64,000 bases of DNA, from NCBI GenBank assembly GCA_977017645.1, contig OZ360236.1, forward strand, positions 31,682,001 through 31,746,000, read 5' to 3'. Below, in pieces: positions 49,706 to 61,324 of this stretch (position 1 is its first letter; each line of letters opens with the position of its first letter). Source of the DNA: Torpedo marmorata (taxonomy: Eukaryota). The position numbers and the translations under genes were made by a program. A model generated the notes under the pieces. It did not search any database and was not told the origin of the DNA. It saw only the letters and a program-made list of their open reading frames with translations.

Positions 49706-52355
49706 GCTTTATCAATGAAAATAGTTCATATTTTGTATTTGTGGATGAACATTGTAGATTTTGTTTATATTCTGACACCTCAATTACTTTCCTAAATTTT
49801 GTTCTTGCAGACCAAAATTTCCTTTGTGGGTGGGAGGTGTTATGGACCATGACTGACCATTTGGACTGCGGACGGTCAGCAGGAAGGATGAAGTCTTTTG
49901 GAGTATACACTGGGGACAGGTACTGAAAGAGTTAACTTCCCCAGCTACTTGGTGTACCCAGACAAGATACATTGTTGCACTCTTGGTGTACCCAGACAGA
50001 GAGAGACCAGAGAGACAGAGACAGACTAGACAAGATACATTTGTTTCACTTCTGCAAAAAGCAGGGGCAGATCTCTGCAAAGCACACAGTTTGTGAGTTG
50101 CAAAGGCTGCAGGACACAGCCAAATCCAGGCTTGTGCAAGTCAGAGAAAAGACTGACAGGATAGCACATGACCTCCTGTCTCAGAGAAATTCTGAGAAAA
50201 AGCAACTTCTGTGGAGAACAGGCGTGAGATCAGCGAGACTAGCTGTGAGATTCAAGCATACGCCTAAATCAGTGGTATACTGATCTGTAACTTGCAATCC
50301 TTATGAACCTACAAGAAGGGGACGTCATCAGAGAAGAAAACAAGTATTTGTAAGCATAAACAGTCATTGTCTCTCTCCAACGTTCATTCAAAAGTAATTC
50401 TACCAGACACAGAGCTGAAGTTGAAGCCTGAACTTAGAGAGTGGATTTTGTGGACTGTATTATTCTTTTTTTTGACTGACTTGTTTTTTTATGACTGACC
50501 TGGCGTTTTTGGGGAAAGTTTTTCCATTTTTACATAAGGGTTGGGCACAGACTGTAATGGTCTTTTAGATAAGAATAGTGTTATAGACGTTTATAGTGGG
50601 GTTAATTGTTGTGAAATTATATGTTTAATTGTGTTTAATAAATAGTAATTTCAATTTTACCCCTTTTCCATTGCGTCTTGTGTCGTTGCTGGTTTGATTT
50701 TGTAACAGTACACACTGGGACCAGGTACTGAAAGAGTTAACTTGCCCAGGACTGGGTGTTCTCAGAGAGAGACACCGAGAGAGAGAGACAGGATGTGGAA
50801 AGATACTTTGTTGCACTTTTGCAAAAGCAGGTGCAAACCACTGCAAAAAGCATTCAGATTCAGTTTGGAGTTGCAAGAGGCTGGAAGAACACAGCCAAAA
50901 TCCAGTCTTGTGCATCCCAGGGGAAAAGTCTGGGAGAATAGCACATGGACTCCTGTATCAACAAAATCCTAAGTTAAAACAACTTTCGTGAAGAACAGGT
51001 GTGAGATCAGCAAGACCGGCTGTGAGATCCAAGTATACGCCTCAATCAAAACTGATTTGGAATCGCAATCCTCGTGCACCCACCAAAAGGGAAAGTCATC
51101 ATTGAAGAAAAGCAGGCCAAGCATTCGTAAGCTTAAACAGTCATTGTCTCTCTCTCCAACATTCATTAAGAAGTCCTTCATGCCAGCACACAGAGCTGAA
51201 TTTGGACCCTGAACATAGAGAGTGATTTTTGTGGACTGTATTTTTTGGGACTGACTTATTTTTATGACTGACCTGGGGTTTTGGGGAAGGTTTTTCCATT
51301 TTTACATGAGGGTTGGGCACAGACTGTAATGGTCTAGATTTTACACACACACACTCTTTAGATAAGAATAATGTTTATAGATGTTTATAGTGGGGTTAAT
51401 TGTTAAGAAATTATATGTTTAATTGTCTTTAATAAATATAAATTTCAATTTTACCCCTTTTGCATTGCATCTTCTGTCGTTGCTGGTTTGAATTTGTAAC
51501 AATATACAGTATTTTTATAGGTTCTTGTGACAGTATTTTTATAGGTTCTTGTGAAAGATCACTCCAATTTTTCTATCACCACAAATGTTGCCTGACCTGC
51601 TAAGAATTCCTAACATCTGCAGCATTTTGTTTTTCGATGATGCAACAATTAACCTGCTAGAAACCGCTTTTGGTCAAAAACATGAGTGTTTGGCTGCCAA
51701 TTTTTCAAATGTAGCACCTTGACTCCGAGGTCCGTGGCAGTGAGCTACCCGCTCACTTAAGTTCAACTCTTTTTAAAAGTCAATAATAAAATTTCAATTG
51801 TCTTCAACTAGTTAAAATAAAGTGTACAACAGCAACACCCACATTTATGGCAGTTCACAGCGTACGAGTTTAAAAAGAAGCTTGCTCCAAGAATCTGTTT
51901 AATCAAAAATACAGACAGAAAATATTGGAAATACACAAGGTCAAGTTGCATCTGCTCAGAGTGAATGTTTCAGGTTGATGATCCATCACAGAGGTCATTG
52001 CCCTGATACATTAACACTGTCTGAACATGTTGAGTTTTCCAGCATTTTTTTTTTTTTTTTTAAATTTTGATTTCCTTGCAACTTTTGCTTTTAAAGCCTG
52101 CTTAGCCAAATGGTTGGGTTTTCCATCAAAAAACTGCAACAAGATCAATGTTAACATCAATGTAGGAACCACTTATATTTGTATAACAGTCACACCTGTT
52201 TTTCTGGCAGTTAATAGAACATTATAGCACAGAAAACAGGCCCTTTGACCCTTGTAGTCTGTGCTGTGCAGAACTATTATTCTGCCTAAAAAACACAAAT
52301 GCTGGAGAAACTCAGCAGGTCAAACAGTGTCTTTTATGTAGCAAAGGTAGAAATA

Positions 52356-52396
52356 CATAACCGACGTTTCGGGCTTGAGCCCTTCATCAAAGTATG
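52356..52396 (-). ncRNA. Minimal hammerhead ribozyme motif
   Basis: Identical to the motif at 20682-20722. Confidence 0.72.
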
Positions 52397-53115
52397 AGAA
52401 AATGCCGGCAGGCGTCCGAACAAAAGAGTGAGGGGGGATGGCAAAGGCAGGAGATGATAGGTGGAGAAAGGAGGGAGGGGACAGCAGCAAAGAGGGGGAG
52501 GAGGGATGGCTGGGTAGGTGGAGAAAAACAGGAAGGACAGGTGAGGGGGAGGGGAAGGGAACAACAAACAGGTTTAGTGGAAAGCAGAAAAGTCAATGTT
52601 AATGCCATCTGGCTGGAGAGTGCCTAGACGGAAAATGAGATGTTGTTCTTCCAATTTGCGGGTAGTCTGGGTGGGATAGTACATAAGGCCATGGACAGAC
52701 ATGTGAGTGAGGGAGTGTGACCCGGAATTGAAATGGTTGGCTACTGGGAGGTCGCTGTTGTTGCGGACGGAGAGGAGGTGCTCAGCAAAGCGGTCTCCCA
52801 ATCTACGACCGGTCTCTCCAATGTAGAGAAAGCCACAAAGGGAGCACCGGATGCAGTAAATAAGTTCTCTGGATGTACAATTGAAGTGTAGTTTCACTTG
52901 GAAAGCCTGTTTGGGGCCCTGGACCGTGGTGAGGGGGGAGGTGTGGGCGCAGGTGTTGCACCTCCTGCGGGCACAGGGGAAGGTGCCGGGGGTGCGATGG
53001 GTGGGGAGGGATGAGTGCACGAGTGAATCGCGGAGGGAGCGGTCCCTACGGAAGGCCGAGAGGGTAGGTGAAGGAAAAATGTGTCTGGTGGTGGGATCCT
53101 GTAGTAAGTGCCGGA

Positions 53116-53217
53116 AAGCCCGAAACGTCGGTTCTCATACTTTGATGAAGGGCTCAAGCCTGAAACGTCGGTTCTCATACTTTGATGAAGGGCTCAAGCC
53201 CGAAACATCAGTTATGT
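53116..53217 (+). ncRNA. Tandem 40-nt hammerhead units (~2.5 copies)
   Basis: Unit AAGCCCGAAACGTCGGTTCTCATACTTTGATGAAGGGCTC starts at 53116, 53156 and (partially) 53196. Confidence 0.7.
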
Positions 53218-55469
53218 ATTTCTACCTTTGCTACATAAAAGGCACTGCTTGACCTGCTGAGTTTCTCCAGCATTTGTGTTTTTTACTTCAACCACGGTGT
53301 CTGCAGATATTCGTTTTTTACTTATTATTCTGCCTAGTCCCACTGACCTGCACCTATTCCATATCCCTCCTATCCATGTTCATGTCCAAATTTTTCTTGT
53401 ATGTTACAAATGAACCCACATTCACCACTTCAGCTGGCAGCTCATTCCATGCTCCCACTAATCTGTGTGAAGAAGTTTCCCCCTAATGTTCTTACCTCCC
53501 ACCCTTAAACCATGCTCTCTGGTTTGTATCTTCCCTAACCTCAGTGAGAAAAGCTTACTTTCATTTACTCTATCTATACCCCTCATAATTTTGTTTATCT
53601 CCATCAAATATCCCCTTATTCTTCTACACTCCAGGGAATAAAGTCCTAACCTGTTTAACTTTCCCTGAACTCGGTTCCTTAAGTCCTGGCAACATCCTAG
53701 TAAATCCACTCTGCACTCTTTCAATCTTATTGATATCTTTCCTTTAGTTATGTGGCCAAAACTCCAAATTTGGCCTCAATGTCTTATACAACTTTACTAT
53801 AACATTCCAAATCCTATACTCAATACTTTATGAAAGCCAAAGTGCCAAAAGCTCTGTTTACGACCCTATCTACCTGAAACACCACTTTCAGGGAATTATG
53901 TATCTGTATTCCCAGATCCCTCTGTTCTACCGCACTCCTCTGTGCCCTACCATTTACTGTGTATGTCATACCATGGTTTGTCCTTCCAAAATGTAACACC
54001 TCAGACTTGTCTGTATTAAATTACATCTGCTATTCTGCAGCTAATTTTTTCCAACTGGTCCAGATCCCTCTGCAAGCTTTGAAAGCCTTCCTTGCTGTCC
54101 ACTACACCTCCGATCTTTGTGTCATCTGCAAACTTGCTGATCCAATTTACCACCTTATCATCTAGATCATTGATATCGATGACAAACAACAATAGACCTA
54201 GCATTGATCCTTAAGGCACACCACTAGTCACAGGCCTCCAGTCAGAGAGGCAATCATCCATTACCACTCTCTGGCTTCTCCCATAAAGCCAATATCGAAT
54301 GCAGTTTACTACCTCACCATGAATACAGAGAGACTGAACCTTCCTGACTAACCTCCCGTGTGGGACCTTGTCAAAGGCCTTACTAAAGTCCATGTAGACA
54401 ACATCCACAGCCTTTCCTTCAACTTTCATGGTGACCTCCTTGAAAAATTCTATGATTTGTTAAATATGACCTACCACACACAAAGCCATGTTGACTATCC
54501 CTAATCAGTCGTTGACTATGCAAATACTTGTATATCCGATCTCTTAGAACACCTTCCAATAACTTACCTACTACAGATTTCAGGCTCACTGGCCTACAAC
54601 TTCGGTTATATTTGATGCAAGAGTTTACTGTGCATCCCATTATTATTGTATAAAAAGAAACATCTTGCAGCAAAGAAAACATCTCCATGAATTGCAAATT
54701 GGCATATGCTGATGACTTACTCGACAACTATTATTTGTTCCACAACACAAAACTTTCTTAAATTACAAAATATAAATTTGACTAGTTTCTACAATTTTGC
54801 TATTTCTAATTAGACAAATTCATCCAACTTCCTTCTCCCTCATTTGTGATTCCTTTTCCTGTCCTTAAGTTAAATAAATTGAGGTAAATCATTTGCTCGC
54901 TTATTCACTAATGTCCCAGAGTCTTTGATTAGTTTGTAGTTCTTGCCATTGGGAGCATGCAAGCAATTGGCACCAAAAATGGAGAGAGTACGATTCATAT
55001 CATGGCATATGCCACAAGATGCCTTGCTCCAAAACAATGGTAAATTTTACTGTAATACTTTGGAAGCCACCTTAGCAACAGAATAGCGAACAACAATAAA
55101 TCAGTATCACACTGGAATGCAAGAACTGCTGGATGGAAAAGGTTAATGGCCCATCTAAAGCACTTCCAAAAATTTGGTAAACCACAATGTCATTGATTCA
55201 TCATAACAATCAATATCTGTGAATAACCATCATCTACAAATTTAGTCATAATGTCTGTGATTCAGATTATTTGTAAAATAATAATCTCCAAACTCCATCT
55301 CAGCAGTATCCTGATGGAAATAATAGATCATCCTGGGCTCTATTGATCAAGCTTACATATCCCATGTAAAATAATCACACACACTTCATTTTTCCAATTC
55401 ACTGTGACAACACAAACAGGTTAAGCAAAATACTGGAATTGAACATTTGATTAATATGTTAGAAATATT

Positions 55470-55960
55470 ACATTGAAGATATTAGATTATTTGTTGGAAA
55501 ACCTGCGGCAAATTATGATAATGGCCATATACATGGTATAATGCACATTCTTACTTGGTGCAGTTGAACGGGTGCTTTGCAAAACAAAACTACAATAGTA
55601 TACATAACTGAATTAAAAAAGACAATAAATGCAAAAAAGATAGATATATTCAGTTATCCTTGTGAAAAAAGTGACTGAAATAATGCACACAGTCCTTCTG
55701 TGGTGTCAGAGCAGTCCATGATTAGAGTAACAAGGGGAGAATAAGAGCCTGATAGCTCTTAACCTGAACCGAGAGGTGCTGGTCTTCAGGCTTCTATACC
55801 TTCTGCCCCAGGGTAACAGTGAGAAGAGGTATGACAGGGTGATGGCAGCTCTTTATGATGTTGGTGGCCTTCTTGAGTCAGTGCCTCACATAGATGTCTT
55901 CAATGGACAAGAGGTCAGAGCCTGTGATGGGCCTGACTATGTTTGCTGCCTTCCACATAA
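55470..55960 (-). mobile_element. Old Rex1/L2-like LINE 3' remnant
   Basis: ITGSDLLSIEDIY and LLP.GRRYRSLKTS-like remnants. Confidence 0.55.
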
Positions 55961-58900
55961 AACAATGGAAACTACAACTGAAACAAGCAGATATTTGAGT
56001 TCTTGTTATCTTGTTAAGAAAGGCAATACAAAAAATTCTAAAACCAGGAGATAGAGACTCCAAGACTAGAATAGATTCAGAAGTTCATAGTTGGAAGTCT
56101 ATTCAAATGCCTTATAAAAATCAATATGGACTACACCAAATGCATTTGCTTTATCTATTGAATTAGTCACTTTGTAGAAAAACTCATTAAATCTGTATGA
56201 ACTCAAACCTTTGAGGAGGGTTACAGGATTAATTAGCAGGCAGAATTGCAAAGTAAACAGAACCAAATCACATTTTATTAAAGGCTTCACTCGGAAACCA
56301 GGAGTAAATAAAATGATTTAAAGTTTAACACCAAGATCACAGTAATTTTGGAACAGTTTTGAAACAAAATTAAACAAAATTACAATACTGAATACTGGGA
56401 GTCATGCACTTGTCGATTTCCATTTGCAGAAATAAGAAATAGGATAGCAGAGAGCAGCATGCAAGTAGAAGCTAAAGTCTACAAAGGAATTAGAAGTTAC
56501 ATGCAAAATAAATGGAATGCTGAGGCCAGAATTCACAATTTAAGAAATTGTGGTGACAATACTGAAGAACTTTCTTCAATTTTAAGAATGGAATTTACTT
56601 CAGAGAAATGTACGAGGAGTTTATCTTATTTATGAAACAATGCTGACATGGTACTTGGAGAAACTAAAGTAGTTTAAAGCTTTTAGCCTAATTTAACTAG
56701 TGGACATGAAACGGAAACAGCAAAATAGTACAAAGATGGAAAAAATATTAACGTAGTATCCTGTTCCCACCAGAATCTTACTGAGCACCATTCTAACTGG
56801 GGAACTGACTTTGTGATAACTGGATATTGACCAAGGATTCAATTTCATGGATTATGAATGATACCAAGCAGGGCTGGGCAGAATCCGTTAAGTAAAACCA
56901 CACTGCAGCAAATGAAGGCACTTTTTAAAAAGAGTGCTCATGTTACAAAGATCAATATCCTGTTGTGCTTAGTGGATCCTAACGGTTTGGAGATTGAGTA
57001 AAAGTTTTATGTTCCTTTTCTGCTCATGTGGATGAAACACTTACTGTTGATTGTGGATACTCTTTGTTCTCCTCCATAGAGGATGAACAAGGAAAAGGCA
57101 TCTGCCGCTTCATTAATGAGGATGAGCAGCAGGTGGACTGAGTAAGATTGACTGCAGATGGGAGGGGAGGATTGTGGATGACCATGCCTAACAGGATGAG
57201 TTGGCCAGTTTCCTCTAATCCTTCCCACAGGATGTTTGGTCAGTTTTGTGCAAATGAGGAGCAACATGCTTCACTAAGGCTGTCAGAGGAGGGCTATTGC
57301 ATCAAATTAAAATAACCTGCTTGACCCATCTGGACACAAGATTCATTTTAATGCTCTATGAGCCTTATTAAATAGTAACCAAAGTGTTTTGCTGATTGCT
57401 CAAATTTCAATCCCCTTGATCAGACACCCATCTGTATGCATTTCTCATTCTACTAATAAGACACATCTGCTTCACTCAAACAAATCCTGTTTGAAAATAG
57501 ATTAGAAGAATTCACGAACCATCTTCAGCACCACTGCATTGCTAACGTTACTTTTCTCTATCTTCAGCATTCTATTTGCATCCCAAAGTAATTATGACAT
57601 TTTTTTTATATATATATACCAACTCATTCCAATCTATTGCTGGAGAAAGATATTTTCCAGCCAATGTTAAATCAGATTTATCATTAGATGATGCCAGTGA
57701 AGGAATAGTTCATGGCTTTCTTCACAGATGTTGCAAGACCTGATGAGAAATTCTAGCATTTGATGGTTTTTTTTTTTTAAAATTCAGATCATCCTCGCTA
57801 TATTCCTTTTGAAAACAAATCATTGCTCTGGAGGAAAGTAGCAAAGGAAAACCACTCATGTTCTTGAAGGAGCTGAAGAAATGCAGAGCTTTACTTTACT
57901 GTTCCTGAAGCACTCCTTGCAGTGGGATCCAGGTTCTGAGCAAAGCAGATAGGAGTCTGCTATTGAACATCCACACTACCAATCTCTCTTCACACCCAGT
58001 GCAGCCTCAATACATTGCTGAGATAAACTTTGTCGATTCTCACATCTCGGAAGGTTCCTCTACAATTTTGGTTACTGGGGATTTTGGAGGTTGGGTTAGC
58101 AATGGTATTGTTGATAATTTACCAGCGGCTCCTTTCTTCAAAAGCAGCCAGGAAGAGTTAGAGTTCTGAGTCGAAATGAGCTGTATCCAGACTTTAAGTG
58201 ACACTCTGGTTGATTGGTTATAAACTGAATTAAAGGGGGGTGTGGGGGAGATGAAATACTAATTCATCTGAAATTTGAGGAGAAAACACTAAATCGGTCA
58301 GATTTAACCGAGGGTAAGGAGTTAAAATACCATGGATATTATTTTTCCAGATACACCAATTAGATTTGTAACAAATCAGTGCAAAGAATCATGTTATACA
58401 CAATACCCTGCTTCTATGGTATATTGGGATATTGAGGAGTGAATGCAGAAAAATGGGTTATTAGAGTCAGCATCCACTTCCTTCAAATTAATAATCCCTC
58501 TCTACACATGTAGAAAAGAATTTGACTCACAGCACTGAAGCAAAATTTAAAATGAACTTTCAAGTCTTCCATTCTGAACAATTTCAATTTCCTTGGAGAA
58601 TTTCAGAGCCACAGCACAAGCTTCTACTAACAATATCATTTATTGCAGAATTTAAGCAAGCATTCCAACCTAGAATCAGTACACAGCAAACTTGATGCAA
58701 AAAAAAAAAGGAAGATTGATAAAACAGGCAAGTTGCAGTCTGCATCTATTGCCCCAAAAGACAAATTGTCGATGTGGATTAGCACAGGAGAATCTGCCGC
58801 ATGGATGGCAGTGGGATTTAATGCAAATCTGGTTCCACAATAAAGCAAAAGGAATTTTAAAAAAAATCCCAGAAGGCAGCACTGTCCAGAAGGCACACTC

Positions 58901-60080
58901 ATGGATGCTCTTCAGGGAGCAGTTTTCCCATCATTATTAATTCACTTGTGCTTCACCATGGAGACAGTTACCAAGCAATACCACTACTATGGCCACCAGT
59001 CAATCCCCAACCAAGGCATTGACAGCATCAGCCACGCTCACTGTGGTCCTCAACTTTCATCTCCCCACCTGCTTTCATTTCGAATAAAAATGTACTAAAA
59101 CGGCTGTTATTATTAAGATTGCAATCACTAGAGCAATTTATCAAATCATTGTCACTGCAGCCAATATCCAATCACAGAAATGGCAGCTAAATTTCAAGTA
59201 ATCAAGTTGTTACAAGCCACATGCATTTTTAACTTGGAATTTTTCATTTCACTTTGCTAGACAGTGGAGCATGATAAAAGGATGAAAATAATTCAGCCTG
59301 CAGGGAAAGCAACAAACTGGTGTTTATTTTCTCTACTTTCAGTCTACTTGCCAGAATAAGGGATTCAAACCAAAATCATAACCTAACTGCACACTAACAA
59401 TACAAGATTTTTGTCACTGCAGCAGTCACATTGGATAAAGACTTCCTTCAACACTTCCAAATGTTAGGCATTCATGTGTAACTATAATCAGCAAAACTGA
59501 TACATTTTCCTTGTCCTGCTAAATCCATCATTAGTGTGAAGCAAATTTATTTACTGGTCAGTTCATTTACTAGCTGGCAAAGGTTAATATTATCATAGTA
59601 AATGATCAAATAAACTTTGATAAAGGGATTCTAGGTTGAGTGGTAATGTTTGCACAAAATACATTATCTGAGGATACAAAACCAAGAAATGGTAAATGAA
59701 AATGGAAGATGCATCTAAATGCCATCAAGCAGTACATCTTACATCTTACATAGACCATACAAAAAGATATGGAAAGATGACCAACAAAAATTGTTTCTAT
59801 ACCTCAACAGTACAAGACAAAATGTCAGGATGTAAAAGACACAATATCAATGTCACTTCTTTGCACAAGTGACAAATCCTTATGATGTGCAACTGTAGCA
59901 GGTTTGATTATTAAATAATAAGAACCGACAGGGAACAAGCTTTAAGAATGCAAAACACGACAGAAAATTTAGAGTCAGCATTCAGATCATTAAGCTTTTG
60001 GAGCACAATATTATTTTATAACCTACTGGTTTTCAAGCCAAGTCCTTCAAGAAACAACCTGTAGCAGGTTCTTCATCTAA

Positions 60081-61160
60081 AGTTCAAATTTATTGTCAGA
60101 GCACATACAGTACAGGACATCAAATACAACTCTAAGATTCTTTTTCCCTGCAGGCCAGGCAAAGGTTCTACTGATTGGTAGTGCAAAAACAATCTGTACT
60201 CATGAAAAGATACGAATACAAAAGAGAGAAATGTAAACAAACTGACTGTGCAATACAGAAAAAATATTCAGTAATAAATAATGTGCAAAGTAAGAGTCCT
60301 TAAATGAGTCTCTGATTGAGTTTGTTGATTAGGAGTCTGATGCTGGAGGGGTAGTGTTATGTATTCTAGGCTTAGAAATACACTGCAGACGAAGACGTGA
60401 TGCTTCATTCATTGTTTAATACAAATCTAATATGGTTCCCCGCAGCACACAGTGTATATGAGTGACGACGTCATACGCATGCAGGCGTATATACATAACA
60501 GGTAGCAACTGTTTCTGAACCCGGTGGTACAAGCCTTGTGGCACCTACATCTCTTTCCTGATGGTAGCATCGATCCTTGATGATTGCTGCTGCTCTCTGA
60601 CGGCAGCGTTCCATGTAGATTTTCTCATTGGGGGAAGGGGGGGGAAGAAAGAGTTTTGCCAGTGATGTACTGGACACTATCCACTAGCTTTTGTAGGGCT
60701 TTCCACTCAGAGGTATTGGTGCCCCCATGCCAGGTCAGTGAGCACACATTCCACCACACATCTGTAGAAGTTTGCCAGGGTTTCCGATGTCATACCAAAC
60801 CTCTGCAAACCCGAGGAACTCGAGGCGCTGACGTGCTTTCTTCATTATGACATTCGTATGTTGAGTCCAGGAAAGATCCTCCCAGATAGTGACTCCCAGG
60901 AATTTAAATTTGCTCACTCTCTCCACCTCTGATCCCCATGACCACTGGATCATACACCTCTTGTTTTCCCTTCCTAAGTCCACAATCAGCTCTTTGGTTT
61001 TGGTGACATTGAGTGCGAGATTGTTGTTAGTATACCATTCAGCCAAGTTTTCCATCTCCCTCATCGCCCCTTTTTATGCATCCAACTACCGTGGTATCGT
61101 TAGCAAATTTGTAGATGGTGTTGTAGTTGTACCGAACCTCACAGTCATAGGTGTAAAGCG
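60081..61160 (-). mobile_element. Rex1/Babar LINE 3' part, degenerate
   Basis: LAEWYTNNNLALNVTKTKELIVD...KFLGVTI, with the same 3' UTR as 9030-9240. Confidence 0.85.
60355..60500 (-). mobile_element. 146-bp solo LTR (second, unrelated LTR family)
   Basis: TGTTATGTAT...ATACATAACA termini and 5-bp TSD GGTAG (60350-54 and 60501-05). ATTAAA on the minus strand suggests the orientation. Confidence 0.8.
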
Positions 61161-61324
61161 AGACCATCTGTACCAACTATTAACTAAACATCCAGCTGCA
61201 GTAGTTCAACAGTCTAATAAATAACATCCTTTCAAGTAATGTAGGAAAATATCTGAACTTTTGCACATCAATCATGAATAGCATTAATAGGCTCAGAGGA
61301 CCTTTTCAATTAATACTTTATGTT

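Larger units (their letters stand above)
39022..50707 (+). mobile_element. Gmr1-like copy B, inserted in the 3' LTR of copy A
   Basis: LTRs 39022-39910 and 49838-50707, TSD GTAC (39018-21 and 50708-11), PBS 39914-26, PPT 49826-37. Confidence 0.95.
31909..51501 (+). mobile_element. Gmr1-like Gypsy LTR retrotransposon copy A (outermost, RT-deleted)
   Basis: 5' LTR 31909-32762. 3' LTR split into 38953-39021 and 50712-51501. TSD ATAT, PBS 32766-78, PPT 38941-52. Confidence 0.93.
31341..51509. mobile_element. pogo-like MITE whose right TIR is split by the LTR nest
   Basis: Left end TA|CCGTATATACTCGTG at 31341. The right TIR ...CACGAGTATAT stops at 31908 and resumes as ATAT-ACAG|TA at 51502-51511. 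Same family as 1276-1769. Confidence 0.85.
52289..53322 (-). mobile_element. 5'-truncated Penelope element with an inverted terminal repeat
   Basis: GIY-YIG ORF 52574-53020. Positions 53116-53322 are an inverted copy of the 3' terminus. A 14-bp TSD TATTATTCTGCCTA lies at 52275-88 and 53323-36. Confidence 0.9.
52212..54600 (-). mobile_element. Degenerate CR1 (HER1-like) LINE interrupted by a PLE
   Basis: RPVSLKSVVGKLLE, SQHGF, YMDFSKAFDKVPHGRL and KFADDTKIGG motifs. The 3' tail is at 52212-52288. Confidence 0.85.
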
